A stretch of 64,000 nucleotides of DNA, taken from assembly GCA_019058315.1 (NCBI GenBank), contig JAHPZH010000008.1, positions 32,001 through 96,000 of the forward strand, in the 5' to 3' direction. The DNA comes from Candidatus Helarchaeota archaeon (GTDB lineage Archaea > Asgardarchaeota > Lokiarchaeia > Helarchaeales > RDOG01). Numbering within the stretch: position 1 is the stretch's first letter; each line of letters starts with the position of its first letter. Below are positions 30,266 through 40,879 of the stretch, in pieces. Made by a program: the position numbers and the translations under genes. The notes under the pieces were generated by a model, which saw nothing but the letters and a program-made list of their open reading frames with translations, did no database searches and was not told where the DNA came from.

Positions 30266-31171
30266 GTGATTTTTTTGTCTGATGAGATCTCTGAAGATGA
30301 TATGATTATTGAAGAAGATATGGAAGAAGAAGATGAAGATGAAGTATTTGAGGAAATTGTAGTAAATTTTTGGCGGACTGGATTTCACGATGCATCTTTT
30401 GGTATTAGACAATTAGATCAGTATCGTGCTCGAAGTAGACAGTGGAGTGCTGGAATGCAAGTAAGGGGAGATGTCACATTTAAAGAAAAAAAGGACAAAA
30501 AATATATTATAGGATTCAATGAAGAAGCTTGGGAAGAAGATGAGGACGGGAGATTAGCTAAAAAACATGGAAAGTTCGCAGATTTGAATAGCAGAGTTAT
30601 AATAAAACTATTCTCAGAACTTAAAGATAATAGAGGAGGAAATTGGGCTGGTTCTCTAGAATTATCAATCTTAGAATCTTTAGTTCTGACGATTGGAGAA
30701 AGAGTTGGGCCATTACCTGTATTTTATTTAATATTACCTAGATATCCTTACATAATTCGTTTAATTAGATCCCACACAAGAATGGGTCAGAGATACTGTT
30801 TCGCGCTCATAGATCATAAAGAGAAAGATCCGGTAAGAATTTTTGAAATTGAAAAGAAAATGGTTGCATTAGGCTTGGATTTCAGAGTTGAAGATTCTTT
30901 TACGGAAAAAGAGGTAGCTAAAGTTGACGGTAAACTTCTAGATATCGGTGGAAAATGGGTTATTCATATTAAAGATAAGGCTTTAAAAAACAATAGGATA
31001 TTTCGTCAGGTTGTAATTTTATTTGCATGTTTATGTAAATTTATAGAGGATGTAAATGAAAATATCAAAAATTTACACGAACAAGTGGTAAAAAAGAAAT
31101 ATAAATTTAGTCCTGACTATCATGAGAGAACTATGTTCTTAAATCCCCGTGTAGCAAGACGTAAAGCCTAA
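30266..31171 (+). CDS. Acidic-N-terminus protein with a possible tubby/LURP-one (scramblase-like) C-terminal domain
   Basis: Poly-Asp/Glu N-terminus; KKMVALGLDFRVED...VAKVDGKLLDIGGKWVIHI...VILFA resembles LURP-one. Likely start TTG 30275. Confidence 0.55.
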   Translation: MIFLSDEISEDDMIIEEDMEEEDEDEVFEEIVVNFWRTGFHDASFGIRQLDQYRARSRQWSAGMQVRGDVTFKEKKDKKYIIGFNEEAWEEDEDGRLAKKHGKFADLNSRVIIKLFSELKDNRGGNWAGSLELSILESLVLTIGERVGPLPVFYLILPRYPYIIRLIRSHTRMGQRYCFALIDHKEKDPVRIFEIEKKMVALGLDFRVEDSFTEKEVAKVDGKLLDIGGKWVIHIKDKALKNNRIFRQVVILFACLCKFIEDVNENIKNLHEQVVKKKYKFSPDYHERTMFLNPRVARRKA

Positions 31172-31340
31172 ATATTCTAAATATAATTCGACCTCAAATA
31201 TCTTTTTTTACTTATTTTCTAATTTTTGTTATTTTAATTAAGTTTGGTTACAATCTAAAAAATAATATAATAAAATTGTAGAAGTAGTAATAGAAAATCT
31301 TCATATTATCATTTGTTAGTTATTAAATGGAGTAAGGTAG

Positions 31341-32279
31341 ATGATTCACAACATAGCAATTATGAAAAAAATTACGGGTGGTTTCCTCTTCTATAAGGAT
31401 TATTGGAATCTTTATAAGGATTATACAAGTATTTTGAAGATTTTTACTGCTTATATTCCTTTTATTATGCGAAATGAAGAGGAAACAATAAAGATATTAA
31501 AACAAGGGGAAGAATTCGAATTTCATTTCGGAAATTATCAGTTAGTAGTAGTAGTATTTGGAGTTGATAGAGGAACTGATAAAGAAATGATTCGTGACTT
31601 TATGGAACGCATATCAAATAATATTAACATAATTTATGATTCCGAAGAAGCACTGATGAGTAAGGATCTCCCTCCAGGTATGGATCAATTTTCAAAAGAA
31701 ATTGAGCTTATGGTTCGTGCCTCACCTAATTATGAAGAGTTATATAAACTGGATAAGACAGTAGAACAAAGAATAAATATTACTCCTGCAAGCGAAGAGT
31801 TGAACCGACGTAATACTATGTTTGCTGAGCAGGGGTTTCAGTTAAAGAATGAATTTTTTTGTGAATTCACAGCAGATGATGACAAGATGCCTGTGGTTAC
31901 AAGGCCAAAATTTTATATGACCTCAAAAGCTGAATATAATCCTGATACTAGTAAAATTGAAGCAAAATCATATGAAATTAACGTAGATTTCCTTGAATAT
32001 CCCAAAACTCCTAAATTTCCCGACTTTCCTAGGGGGTTATATAATATTATAGGAAATCCATATGAAGCCCTAAATACTTTGAGAGAATGGGATATAGTAC
32101 ATCCACCAGCATGGGTAGAATTAGTGAGGGAGCTTGAACAAGTAGTTTATAAATCAGAAACTCATTTAATAGAACCTATAATCGAAGAACCGTATGAACT
32201 TGGGAAGAAAGGTAAAGGAAAAGGGGAAGCAACTGGTAAAACCAAGGATGGTCAGAAAAAAACTAGTAGTTATAAATAA
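31341..32279 (+). CDS. Longin-like N-terminal domain fused to an E2/UEV/RWD-like C-terminal domain
   Basis: MIHNIAIMKK..GG.LFYKDY longin-type start; YEINVDFLEYPKTP..FP...TLREWD...WVELVRELE is E2-fold-like with no Cys. Confidence 0.5.
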   Translation: MIHNIAIMKKITGGFLFYKDYWNLYKDYTSILKIFTAYIPFIMRNEEETIKILKQGEEFEFHFGNYQLVVVVFGVDRGTDKEMIRDFMERISNNINIIYDSEEALMSKDLPPGMDQFSKEIELMVRASPNYEELYKLDKTVEQRINITPASEELNRRNTMFAEQGFQLKNEFFCEFTADDDKMPVVTRPKFYMTSKAEYNPDTSKIEAKSYEINVDFLEYPKTPKFPDFPRGLYNIIGNPYEALNTLREWDIVHPPAWVELVRELEQVVYKSETHLIEPIIEEPYELGKKGKGKGEATGKTKDGQKKTSSYK

Positions 32280-32698
32280 AATTATTAAAAAAAACAGGTG
32301 TTCTATAATTATTTGAAAGATAAATCCAATAGGATTTTTTTCAGATGATTGGTATGAGACTTTAAGAAAAATTTTGGACTTTTTGAAAATTAAAATAAGT
32401 AATTTAAATGATTCGATAGATTAAAATGTCCAATATTTTTTAAATGTTCAAAATCCCCACTTATATTTTATCAGAATCGAGATATTACATGAAAAAAATA
32501 ATTCAAAATAGTACAATATTTATATATTAGATGTATCTTCTTTAATTATATACAAGATTTCTGGGGCGATATTGCAATTTTTAAAGATACGACATATATT
32601 ATCTAGGAAATTTTTCTAAAAAATAAAAAAGAATAACAGAATAATAAGTTAACCTACCCAAGATCGGAATACTTCACTTAAAGGATGGAATGTAATCA

Positions 32699-33841
32699 AT
32701 GGAGAATGATTTTAGAAAATCTTTTGAGAATTTGACTTGGAAAAGAAGAATAGCTAGATTTTATTTAGGATATATTGTTTTTTACAACCTAGTCACAAGA
32801 ATTTTATTTTTAATTTTAAGAATACGAATAAATAACTTTACCTATTGGGCAGACGAAGTTATTTTTCCTGCTTTTAATTCTCTTTTTTGCCTTGTGACAA
32901 TATTTTTTATTGATGAATTTTATAAAAAGGTCGAATTATTAAAAATTTATACAAATATAAAAAAATATCTTTGTAATATATTTCCTGATAAATATGTTTT
33001 TATAACAATAACAATACTGGGGATTATTTTAAATATAGAGGGATATTGGACGAATAGATTTGCAAATTTAAAATATTTCGAATTATTTGGAGATTTCTCT
33101 GTTACATTATTTCACCTAGAAATTTGGCAAGACCTCCTATTACTACCTTTTGGATTTAGTACTTTTTGGGCAATTGTAACGGCTCCATATAAAATGAAAA
33201 AAAGACAACATAAATTTATAAAGGAAAAAGTTCTACATGAATTTCAAAAATTATCATTATTAAATATTCAAGTTTATCTGATTTTTACTTTGGTATATGT
33301 TATTTTCATGTTACTTGGCTTAACTTCAGAGGGTTTTTTGGTCTCAATTTCTTATCTTATCTCTTTTATTATTGGAATTGTTTTTTTTATATATTTAATA
33401 ATAAACTCGTTAAAAATCATTAGTTTCAAAAAACCTCTGAATGGAATAAATGAAAGTTTAATCAAAGAAATATATGATATGTGTAATTCTTTTAGAAATT
33501 GGGAAGATATTTTAAACCTTTTATGTTCATCTAGTGGTTTATTTGTTCAACATTTTAGAAATATTTTAGATGTTTTTTCAAATTCTGAAAATTTAAAACA
33601 ATATTTTAATAAAAATAAAAGCAAGAACTATAATAAAATTAAAATTTTATTATATATTTTTGCATTTCATCAATGGAAAAGCAAAAACTGTACAGCACAG
33701 AATATTAAAGATGATTTGAAGATCCCAAAGGCTACTATTTATAGAAATGTTAACAAATTAGAAGAAGAGAGAATAATTAAAAAAGAAAAAAAGGGTAACA
33801 AAAGAGAAGAACTGCTCCAACCGTTAAAAATTCCAACTTGA
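32699..33841 (+). CDS. Multi-pass membrane protein with C-terminal HTH (membrane-anchored regulator)
   Basis: About six TM segments; TAQNIKDDLKIPKATIYRNVNKLEEERII winged HTH. Confidence 0.7.
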   Translation: MENDFRKSFENLTWKRRIARFYLGYIVFYNLVTRILFLILRIRINNFTYWADEVIFPAFNSLFCLVTIFFIDEFYKKVELLKIYTNIKKYLCNIFPDKYVFITITILGIILNIEGYWTNRFANLKYFELFGDFSVTLFHLEIWQDLLLLPFGFSTFWAIVTAPYKMKKRQHKFIKEKVLHEFQKLSLLNIQVYLIFTLVYVIFMLLGLTSEGFLVSISYLISFIIGIVFFIYLIINSLKIISFKKPLNGINESLIKEIYDMCNSFRNWEDILNLLCSSSGLFVQHFRNILDVFSNSENLKQYFNKNKSKNYNKIKILLYIFAFHQWKSKNCTAQNIKDDLKIPKATIYRNVNKLEEERIIKKEKKGNKREELLQPLKIPT

Positions 33842-34060
33842 GTGTAATAATACATGAAAATTAAGATTCTGTTATAGAATGAACCTCGAACCTAACATCT
33901 TGATTTAGCGCTCCTTTTTGATTTGGATTAATTTTAAGTTTTTGGAAAATCTCTCTTGCTCCTATTTCCATGGAAATCATCTCTCCAAATTATGTTTTGA
34001 TGTAACTTATAAAATCTATGATTTTTTAATAAACACAAGGGCTAAAAATATTTTTTTAAT

Positions 34061-34333
34061 TTATCTTGCTATAGAGATTATTATCGTAAAAACGATAATT
34101 ATACAAATAATAATAAAACATATACCACCTGTTGTCAAAGAATTCTTCTTTTTTGAACTGGGGAAATACTCTGATGCTTGGATCCGTTCTGGTTCTTGAT
34201 TGGTAAGTTGTTGTTTTATATCTGGTAATGGTGAACTATCAGTAACTTTAGTAAATACAAATCCACAATGAATACAAATATTACTTTCATATGGAATTAT
34301 TCTATTGCATTTTGGACATTTTTTACCTTCCAT
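34061..34333 (-). CDS. Zinc-ribbon protein with C-terminal TM helix
   Basis: CPKC...CIHCG and a hydrophobic tail. Confidence 0.7.
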   Translation of the reverse strand: MEGKKCPKCNRIIPYESNICIHCGFVFTKVTDSSPLPDIKQQLTNQEPERIQASEYFPSSKKKNSLTTGGICFIIICIIIVFTIIISIAR

Positions 34334-34382
34334 TTACATCGAACCTGTTTCAATTTTGAAATTAACAATATTTATGAAAAAA

Positions 34383-34997
34383 TTAAGTTACATAGCCAAT
34401 TTTTAAGACAATAGGGAGGTCCGTTTGAATAGAATTTTCCCGTAAATTTTGTATTAGATCTTTTATTTCTGTTTTTCCTTTTCTTAAATTTGTAATCGAC
34501 ACTGGAAGCATCGGTTCAAATTTAGATTTTTTAATAAAGTTGTTAATACGGTATTTACCTTCTAAAAGCCAATAATAGGTTCCTTTGGTTTTCTTTTCAT
34601 AATAATAGCCAGGATCTAGAAAATCCCCAGTTAATGGGATATAAAATACAACAGAGCCATCCATATATTTACTTTCTTGAGCGTATACTCCTGGCTTTTT
34701 TATATTTTTTTTGGGTTTTTTAAGATATTCTGTTATTTTACAAATGGGTATTTCTACATAAATTTCTCCGCGTCCTAGTTCTTTTTTGTGAACAGTTATA
34801 CCATATATTTTACGACTTCTTTCAGAATAATACTGTGATAAAAATACGATTCTATTTTTTGTTATTGATATGTCGCCAGGAGCATCAGGTGGAAAATAAC
34901 ATCTTGCTCCAATGTTTATCATCATTCCAACATTATTTATCTTCTTAATAATTTCTTCCTCATCCGTTTCCATCACTTTCATAGGAAATATATACAA
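34383..34997 (-). CDS. Hypothetical protein (possible PH/GRAM-like beta domain)
   Basis: GDISITKNRIVF...EIPICKI pattern; weak. Confidence 0.45.
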   Translation of the reverse strand: MYIFPMKVMETDEEEIIKKINNVGMMINIGARCYFPPDAPGDISITKNRIVFLSQYYSERSRKIYGITVHKKELGRGEIYVEIPICKITEYLKKPKKNIKKPGVYAQESKYMDGSVVFYIPLTGDFLDPGYYYEKKTKGTYYWLLEGKYRINNFIKKSKFEPMLPVSITNLRKGKTEIKDLIQNLRENSIQTDLPIVLKIGYVT

Positions 34998-35033
34998 TTA
35001 TAAATTTTTTTACTCAAAATATTCTATATTTCA

Positions 35034-35438
35034 CTAATTACTGCTTAATATTTTTGCTATTGCACAAATGGCAATTACTACACCTAATAAAATAAATACC
35101 CAACTATAATCAGGAGAACTTGAACCATCCGAGTCACTATCTTCCGCTGCTGACAGAAGTACCATTTCGGAAGTAAATAACTTCGTTCCACTGAAAAAAA
35201 ATGTATTTACATAATTGTTTATTTGAAATTGATTAATGCATGTAGTTAAAGAGTTTCTGTATAAGGAATCTATATTAATAATTTTTTTCATCTCAATTCT
35301 GTTCTCATCAAGAAAATAATAATTATTTCTGTCATTGAAGGGGCGTACAAATGTTTTAATGTTTTGAATGGGTAGAATTAAGATGATGGAAACAAAAATA
35401 GTAGCAATAATGATTAAAAATAATTTTTTTCCTCTCAA
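35034..35438 (-). CDS. Hypothetical membrane/secreted protein
   Basis: N-terminal signal-like segment and C-terminal TM; GGTGA SD. Confidence 0.55.
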   Translation of the reverse strand: MRGKKLFLIIIATIFVSIILILPIQNIKTFVRPFNDRNNYYFLDENRIEMKKIINIDSLYRNSLTTCINQFQINNYVNTFFFSGTKLFTSEMVLLSAAEDSDSDGSSSPDYSWVFILLGVVIAICAIAKILSSN

Positions 35439-35516
35439 AATTTCACCATTCTTATTTATTACTATGTATTAAAACTGGATATGTGTAGATGTCATTTATT
35501 TTTAAAAATTACTTTT

Positions 35517-35538
35517 TTTAGTCTCAAGTGAGACTAAA
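35517..35538. promoter_or_regulatory. Palindromic operator candidate
   Basis: TTTAGTCTCA-AG-TGAGACTAAA, 10-bp perfect arms, about 80 nt upstream of the 35438 start. Confidence 0.55.
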
Positions 35539-35654
35539 TTGATGAGATTTTTTAATGAAATAGTCAAGATATATTGTTATCTTTGAAAAATAATGCATTT
35601 TAAAACTTGAAAACAATTTGAAGGTCAGAAAAAAACTAGTAGTTATAAATAAAA

Positions 35655-36101
35655 TTATTTTAAAAGATATTTCTGACCAATATAAATAAATATTACTGCT
35701 CCAAGTATCATAAGAGTTGTACATATAATAAGAACTAATTCTTGAGTCGTAATACCCAAAACTGCATATAATGCAAATGCTGCTATAATTCCGATTGAAA
35801 GCATAAGGAAAAGAAAAAATGAATATATCATCAATCTAACATTCTCTTTGTTATTCATGTACCATCTTTTAATTCTATTTTCTTCATATGCAAGTTTTTC
35901 CTTTGCTTCCCTTTCCTTCAGCCTTTCTTTCATTTCTTTTTCTAATTCTTCCTCGATTACTATTCCTTCCTCTCTGGTAGACACTTTATTTTCTTCTTCA
36001 ACCTCATTATCTTTGATTTCGTCTATCTCTTCTTCTATTTCTTCCTCTTCTATCTCTTCTTCTGACTCTTCAATATTTTCAATTTTTTTCCGCTTACTCA
36101 T
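35655..36101 (-). CDS. Acidic coiled-coil protein with two C-terminal TM helices
   Basis: Glu-rich N-half and two hydrophobic segments. Confidence 0.7.
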   Translation of the reverse strand: MSKRKKIENIEESEEEIEEEEIEEEIDEIKDNEVEEENKVSTREEGIVIEEELEKEMKERLKEREAKEKLAYEENRIKRWYMNNKENVRLMIYSFFLFLMLSIGIIAAFALYAVLGITTQELVLIICTTLMILGAVIFIYIGQKYLLK

Positions 36102-36128
36102 TTCCTAATACACCATATCAACCAGCAG

Positions 36129-38426
36129 TTACATCCATGGTTTTTGAATAATTGAAAAATTTGAACCAATACTTACTCTAATTTTATCCTTTTTTTCTCC
36201 ATAGTAACCAAATTTCATTTGATACTGCAGATCTGGAATTTTTTTATTTTGTAGTATTAATAATATTGGTTTTACTATAAACTTACTATATGCTTTTACT
36301 TGAAAATTTTCTTGAAATTCTTGAAAACTCTCAGTTTCATTTAATAATATCTTTTTTGGTTCTATAGTTTCAACATCTAATTGTTTATTTTGTAAAAAAT
36401 TCTTAAAATTATTATTTAAAAATACAGGAAATGTATTCCTTAATTCAATACTTTGCTGAAAAATTTCACCAAATAATTTCAATAAGGCTTTTTGAATCTC
36501 ATCTGTTTCTAATTCTGTACTTATTTCTAAATTTTCTAGAAATATATTTGGTTCCAGCTGTTTTTGACCTTGAGATTTGATAAAATTAATCAGATTATTT
36601 ACTTGATCAAATAATAGTAATTGTTTATCAACATTCGCTTGTCTAAAGTCGTCAAACCAATTTAACAATACGTCATTCCAATTTAACTTCATTGCACTTA
36701 ATCTTCTATCAAGAAATTTAAGATATTCCTCTGAGAAAGAATCTGGTTCTTCAGAAAGCTTATCCTCATTTTCAAATAAAAATGTATTAAAAACATTATA
36801 ACGAAGCAAATATTCTGTTAAGAATAAAACTTCCCTAGGATAACTTCTTAAATTATTAAAAGTCTTGGAAAAAAGCTTTTTATTTTCTTCAGAATCCACA
36901 CGGGGTAAGATAAAATTCCCGCTGAATTCAATCAGATCCTCTAAAGTTAAATTTTGTTCTTCTACAAAATTTTCCATATAAATCATTAATTCTTTAGGAA
37001 GTTGCTCCTCAATCTTATCCTGATCAAATTGTACTTCTGCTTCTTCTAAGTACTTCTTATAGATCTCATTTATTGCGTAACTCTCGAATTTCTTTAGGTA
37101 TGTATCTGCGATTGCTTTAATTGTTTCTTCTTGATCTTTTAGAACATCATCTTTGAATTTCCTTATATATGATCTTAGAAGTTCGACTTCACAGTTTTTA
37201 GATAGAAAAATAGGAAGTCCCCTTATCAAATTTGAAATTGAATGATTAGCATATTCAATAAAGAAATTTAGTTCAGGTTTGAATTGCCAAGCAACAATCT
37301 CTTCTGTACCAAATTCTTCTCGTAGGGGACTAAAAAATTCTTCAAATATTTTTATTAGTAGAGATTTTTGTTGTCCTAGAGATTTTTCGAGAACCCAATT
37401 TTTAAATTTATTAACATGTTCATTAAAATCAGCTTTTATACCGCTTTTAAAATATTCTTCAGCAGAAGTTTGAAAACTTTGAAGAGCATCACGATATACT
37501 TCGGCCTCTTCGTTCAATACAGGAATTAAAAAATCAAATCTTTTTTTGGCTTCATATCTTCCTATCATATCAATAAAATAATCTAAAAAAAAGGATAAGA
37601 ATCTAGATTGAGTCATATTGCCTGATAATTCATTTAAAGGCAGAAAAGCCTCTCTTGAAAATGAAAATGTATTTTGAGTAATTCTTTTACCAGTAATTGG
37701 AGATAAAGCATGTTTTAGATATTGAACCGATGCTCTTTGTTCAGTTTTTTCTTTTAAACGGGACAATTTAATATTTTCTAATTTAATTGCGGGAGGTAGG
37801 GATACATAATTCGTATTTTGATTACCCGTAATTATATTGTCAGCATCGACATCAACTTGATCAAGATTTTGGCTCTTTTTATGTTCTGCTTCCTTATATT
37901 TTCTTTGCCATCTTTTTTCTATAAAAATTCCAAACATTTTTTCTGCAGATCTGGAACTAAATCTTTCAAGGATTTGCGTTCGAGCTTTGCCATCAATCTC
38001 TGGTCTGGTAATTTCTTCTTCTATTTGATAAATATTTTCACAAACTGAATTTAGCTCATCTTTAGCTTTATAGACGTCGATTAATCCAGTTTCATACTCA
38101 AATGCTAAGATAAAATCTGATCTTGTTTTTCGTGAACCTGTAATTAATAATATACCTTTTGGAAGTAGTTTATCTTCCTTTCCTACATATTCTAAAAGAA
38201 ATTCAGCCGAAAATAATGTTGACCCAGCATAATCTTCTAGAAAAGAATTAAAAGCGGACAAATATTTGGAAGCATTATTAATTAATTCTTTTACTTTCGC
38301 ACTATGTACTCTTCCTGGGCTTACAATACCACCATAAGGTGCACCATTTTCATCTATATAGCTAAAAATAGTAGCGTAGATTCTTGAAAGTTCATCTCCC
38401 GTAAAAACAAGATCTGTTATCTTCAA
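36129..38426 (-). CDS. Large helical hypothetical protein
   Basis: 765-aa ORF; no motif recognised. Confidence 0.7.
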   Translation of the reverse strand: MKITDLVFTGDELSRIYATIFSYIDENGAPYGGIVSPGRVHSAKVKELINNASKYLSAFNSFLEDYAGSTLFSAEFLLEYVGKEDKLLPKGILLITGSRKTRSDFILAFEYETGLIDVYKAKDELNSVCENIYQIEEEITRPEIDGKARTQILERFSSRSAEKMFGIFIEKRWQRKYKEAEHKKSQNLDQVDVDADNIITGNQNTNYVSLPPAIKLENIKLSRLKEKTEQRASVQYLKHALSPITGKRITQNTFSFSREAFLPLNELSGNMTQSRFLSFFLDYFIDMIGRYEAKKRFDFLIPVLNEEAEVYRDALQSFQTSAEEYFKSGIKADFNEHVNKFKNWVLEKSLGQQKSLLIKIFEEFFSPLREEFGTEEIVAWQFKPELNFFIEYANHSISNLIRGLPIFLSKNCEVELLRSYIRKFKDDVLKDQEETIKAIADTYLKKFESYAINEIYKKYLEEAEVQFDQDKIEEQLPKELMIYMENFVEEQNLTLEDLIEFSGNFILPRVDSEENKKLFSKTFNNLRSYPREVLFLTEYLLRYNVFNTFLFENEDKLSEEPDSFSEEYLKFLDRRLSAMKLNWNDVLLNWFDDFRQANVDKQLLLFDQVNNLINFIKSQGQKQLEPNIFLENLEISTELETDEIQKALLKLFGEIFQQSIELRNTFPVFLNNNFKNFLQNKQLDVETIEPKKILLNETESFQEFQENFQVKAYSKFIVKPILLILQNKKIPDLQYQMKFGYYGEKKDKIRVSIGSNFSIIQKPWM

Positions 38427-38600
38427 TGCCTCCGCTTTATCATTATTTGGATTTGGAATTATTTTAACAAAATTAATTTATATTAATGGTTTTATTATCA
38501 TTTTTATTGGACATATATCTAATCAATAATTGATATTTTTAATTAAAAATCAATTCAATTTCATTAATAATATTTGAAAATAATTATTAAAGTGATAATT

Positions 38601-39815
38601 ATGGCAGATAAGGGAACTATCTTTGAACAAATAAAGGAAAAGATCGATGAATTAATTATGGGACGCCGATACATTATTTCGGAAGTTGGGAAGCTCAAAG
38701 TATCAATGGATAAACTACAAGCAAGCCTTCCAGATGTTACAGATCTTGATAAATGGTTAGTAGAAGTTAAAGGTGCCGTTAGCAGTATGGGGCAGCTTTC
38801 AACGGTATTGAACCAGCTTGCAGATTCTGCGGGAGCCATCCAAAGTATGAATATGAGTATGGAATCTGTAAAGAACGCAATTAAGGGTATGGGCGATCTC
38901 CGCTTAGTAAGCGAGAATATAACAACATCTTCGGCAAAGATAGGCGGTCTTGGTGAATCTGTTAGAGAAGTTCGTGATTCAATCCGTGGTTTGGACTCGC
39001 TTAAAGAAGATTTTGCGGCAAATCTGGGCATTATGGGAGAGTTGAATATTTCTATGTCTGGACTTAAAGGTACAATGGATACTTTATCTACAAAATTCGA
39101 AGGTCTTGCAGGTCTAGCAGATTTAGGCAAAGTTGCAAAGGATTTAAAACCAGCTATTGATGAATTAAAAGGAACTATGAATGCTGTTGGAGAACTCAAA
39201 GAAACCCTGGCGGATATTAAAAGAAGCGCAACAACACTGGGGGATTTAAAATTACTAGCCACCGAACTTAAAGCAACTATGGCAGAATTTCGGGAGAGGT
39301 CGAAAACTATCGGTGTGGCTACACCAGCTGCGTCAGTAAGTTTACCTAAAGCAAAACCAATAGCAAAACCTATTAGTATAAAGCCAATATCCAGTTCCAC
39401 AACAACAAGCCCAAAACCTATTAGTGTAAAACCAATATCCCAAGAACCATTAAAAGCAGGAATAACTTATAAGAGGAAAAAAGAAGAACCAACAGTGGAA
39501 AAACCAACTTCGGAGGAAACTGCAAAAAAGAAAAAGGGTAAAACACCTCCAATTGTTTTAGAAGTATTTCAATTGATAGAACAACGAGCAAAGAGAGGCG
39601 AAACTGCAGATGCGCTTTCTAAAATTATAGAAAATGCTAGGGATACTATCTCAAAAAGTTGGAAATGGCACCCAATTTTATACGAAGTAGGGACTTTTGC
39701 AAGAAAATTAAAGAAATACCCACCAGGAAAACCACCAGATGCAGAAGTGATAGATCTTTTAATGAAAAAGATGGAAGAATGGAAAGAAAAAATGACTGAG
39801 GATGCAAAAAAGTAA
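38601..39815 (+). CDS. Long amphipathic/coiled-coil protein with Pro/Lys linker and C-terminal helical domain
   Basis: AAGTGA SD + ATG 38601; repetitive amphipathic helix; duplicated KPISIKPIS/KPISVKPIS. Confidence 0.7.
   Translation: MADKGTIFEQIKEKIDELIMGRRYIISEVGKLKVSMDKLQASLPDVTDLDKWLVEVKGAVSSMGQLSTVLNQLADSAGAIQSMNMSMESVKNAIKGMGDLRLVSENITTSSAKIGGLGESVREVRDSIRGLDSLKEDFAANLGIMGELNISMSGLKGTMDTLSTKFEGLAGLADLGKVAKDLKPAIDELKGTMNAVGELKETLADIKRSATTLGDLKLLATELKATMAEFRERSKTIGVATPAASVSLPKAKPIAKPISIKPISSSTTTSPKPISVKPISQEPLKAGITYKRKKEEPTVEKPTSEETAKKKKGKTPPIVLEVFQLIEQRAKRGETADALSKIIENARDTISKSWKWHPILYEVGTFARKLKKYPPGKPPDAEVIDLLMKKMEEWKEKMTEDAKK
39365..39440 (+). repeat. Intragenic direct repeat, 28-nt unit with 48-nt period
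   Basis: aaaacctattagtataaagccaatatcc / aaaacctattagtgtaaaaccaatatcc. Confidence 0.7.
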
Positions 39816-39927
39816 ATTCAATTTTTTAACCATAAAAACATAAGAATTTATCAACTACCTTTTTTTATTTTAAGCAATTTTATGATTATTTTAAAAATTT
39901 AAATCACAATAGAATATGAAGATTAAA

Positions 39928-40068
39928 TCAAATCTCATCCCATACAATGTCATATATGGCGTTTCGAATCGCTTCTGTACGAGAAACATATAATCCAGAT
40001 TCTACAAATTTTTCGATTTGATCTAGATATTCTTTAGGAATTTTAATTGATAATTTTACTAACATCAT
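39928..40068 (-). CDS. Ribbon-helix-helix (CopG/CdrS-like) protein, 46 aa, not in track
   Basis: AGGAG SD; MMLVKLSIKIPKEYLDQIEKFVESGLYVSRTEAIRNAIYDIVWDEI*. Confidence 0.85.
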   Translation of the reverse strand: MMLVKLSIKIPKEYLDQIEKFVESGLYVSRTEAIRNAIYDIVWDEI

Positions 40069-40323
40069 TATTCATCTCCTTAAAAATATAATATTTCTAG
40101 CCCTTTTTGAATATTTTTTCACTATTTTAAAAAAAATCAACATTCCGATTTCAATTTTTAAATTTTTAATCCATTTTCAATTTAAAAATTTAAAAGAAAC
40201 TATCTTAAAAATTAAAATAATTAAAATACAAAAAAAATATTAAAAATGAATCGTAAAATATTATAATTCAAAATACTTGAAAAACTACTATTAAATTCAA
40301 AAAAATAATATGAGAAGGGAAAA

Positions 40324-40599
40324 TTGCCGGATATTTCTGATGTATTTAAAAATTTAAGAGAAAAACGGAAGGATAAGGATAAAATTTTCAAAAAAATTTT
40401 TAACTTAATTGATAAAGCCCAAATTAGCGAAGAAAAGGGAGAATTTTTTGATGCTGCAGATTTATATGAGAAAGCAGCCAAAGAAGCAGATAAAACAGAT
40501 GATGTAGAATTACAAGAGCAGCTTTTAATCAAGATAGAAGAGTGTATGGTCAAGGGGGAAGAGAAGCGGGAAAAATTAGATAAAATGTTTTCTATTTGA
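40324..40599 (+). CDS. Small helical-bundle protein (MIT- or TPR-like)
   Basis: IDKAQISEEKGEFFDAADLYEKAAKE pattern. Confidence 0.55.
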   Translation: MPDISDVFKNLREKRKDKDKIFKKIFNLIDKAQISEEKGEFFDAADLYEKAAKEADKTDDVELQEQLLIKIEECMVKGEEKREKLDKMFSI

Positions 40600-40879
40600 A
40601 TGTCTTTTTATTAGTATTTTTTATTTATTTATGTCAAAAGTTAGTAATCTTATTTTTTTAAAAACCTTTGTGGATGAAAAAAAATTCAAATTTTTGTCGA
40701 TAACTATAAAATTCGGAGGATCATTGACTTTAATCACAAAATTTTCGTCGAATATCGGCGTTTAAAATTAGTTTTAACAATATTTTTATAAGTAAAATGA
40801 TCTTATAAAATATTAAAAAATAATTAAAAAAATTATTTTATAATCCAAATAAATTAAAAAAAATATGAGGGAAATAAAT

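Noticed and set aside
33880-33915. GGTTCGA T-loop-like motif on the minus strand (tRNA remnant or att site)
   Set aside because: No T-stem pairing or cloverleaf, and no integrase nearby.
38564-39400. 278-aa minus-strand ORF
   Set aside because: Antisense shadow of the repetitive 38601..39815 gene, which has the SD and a sensible composition.
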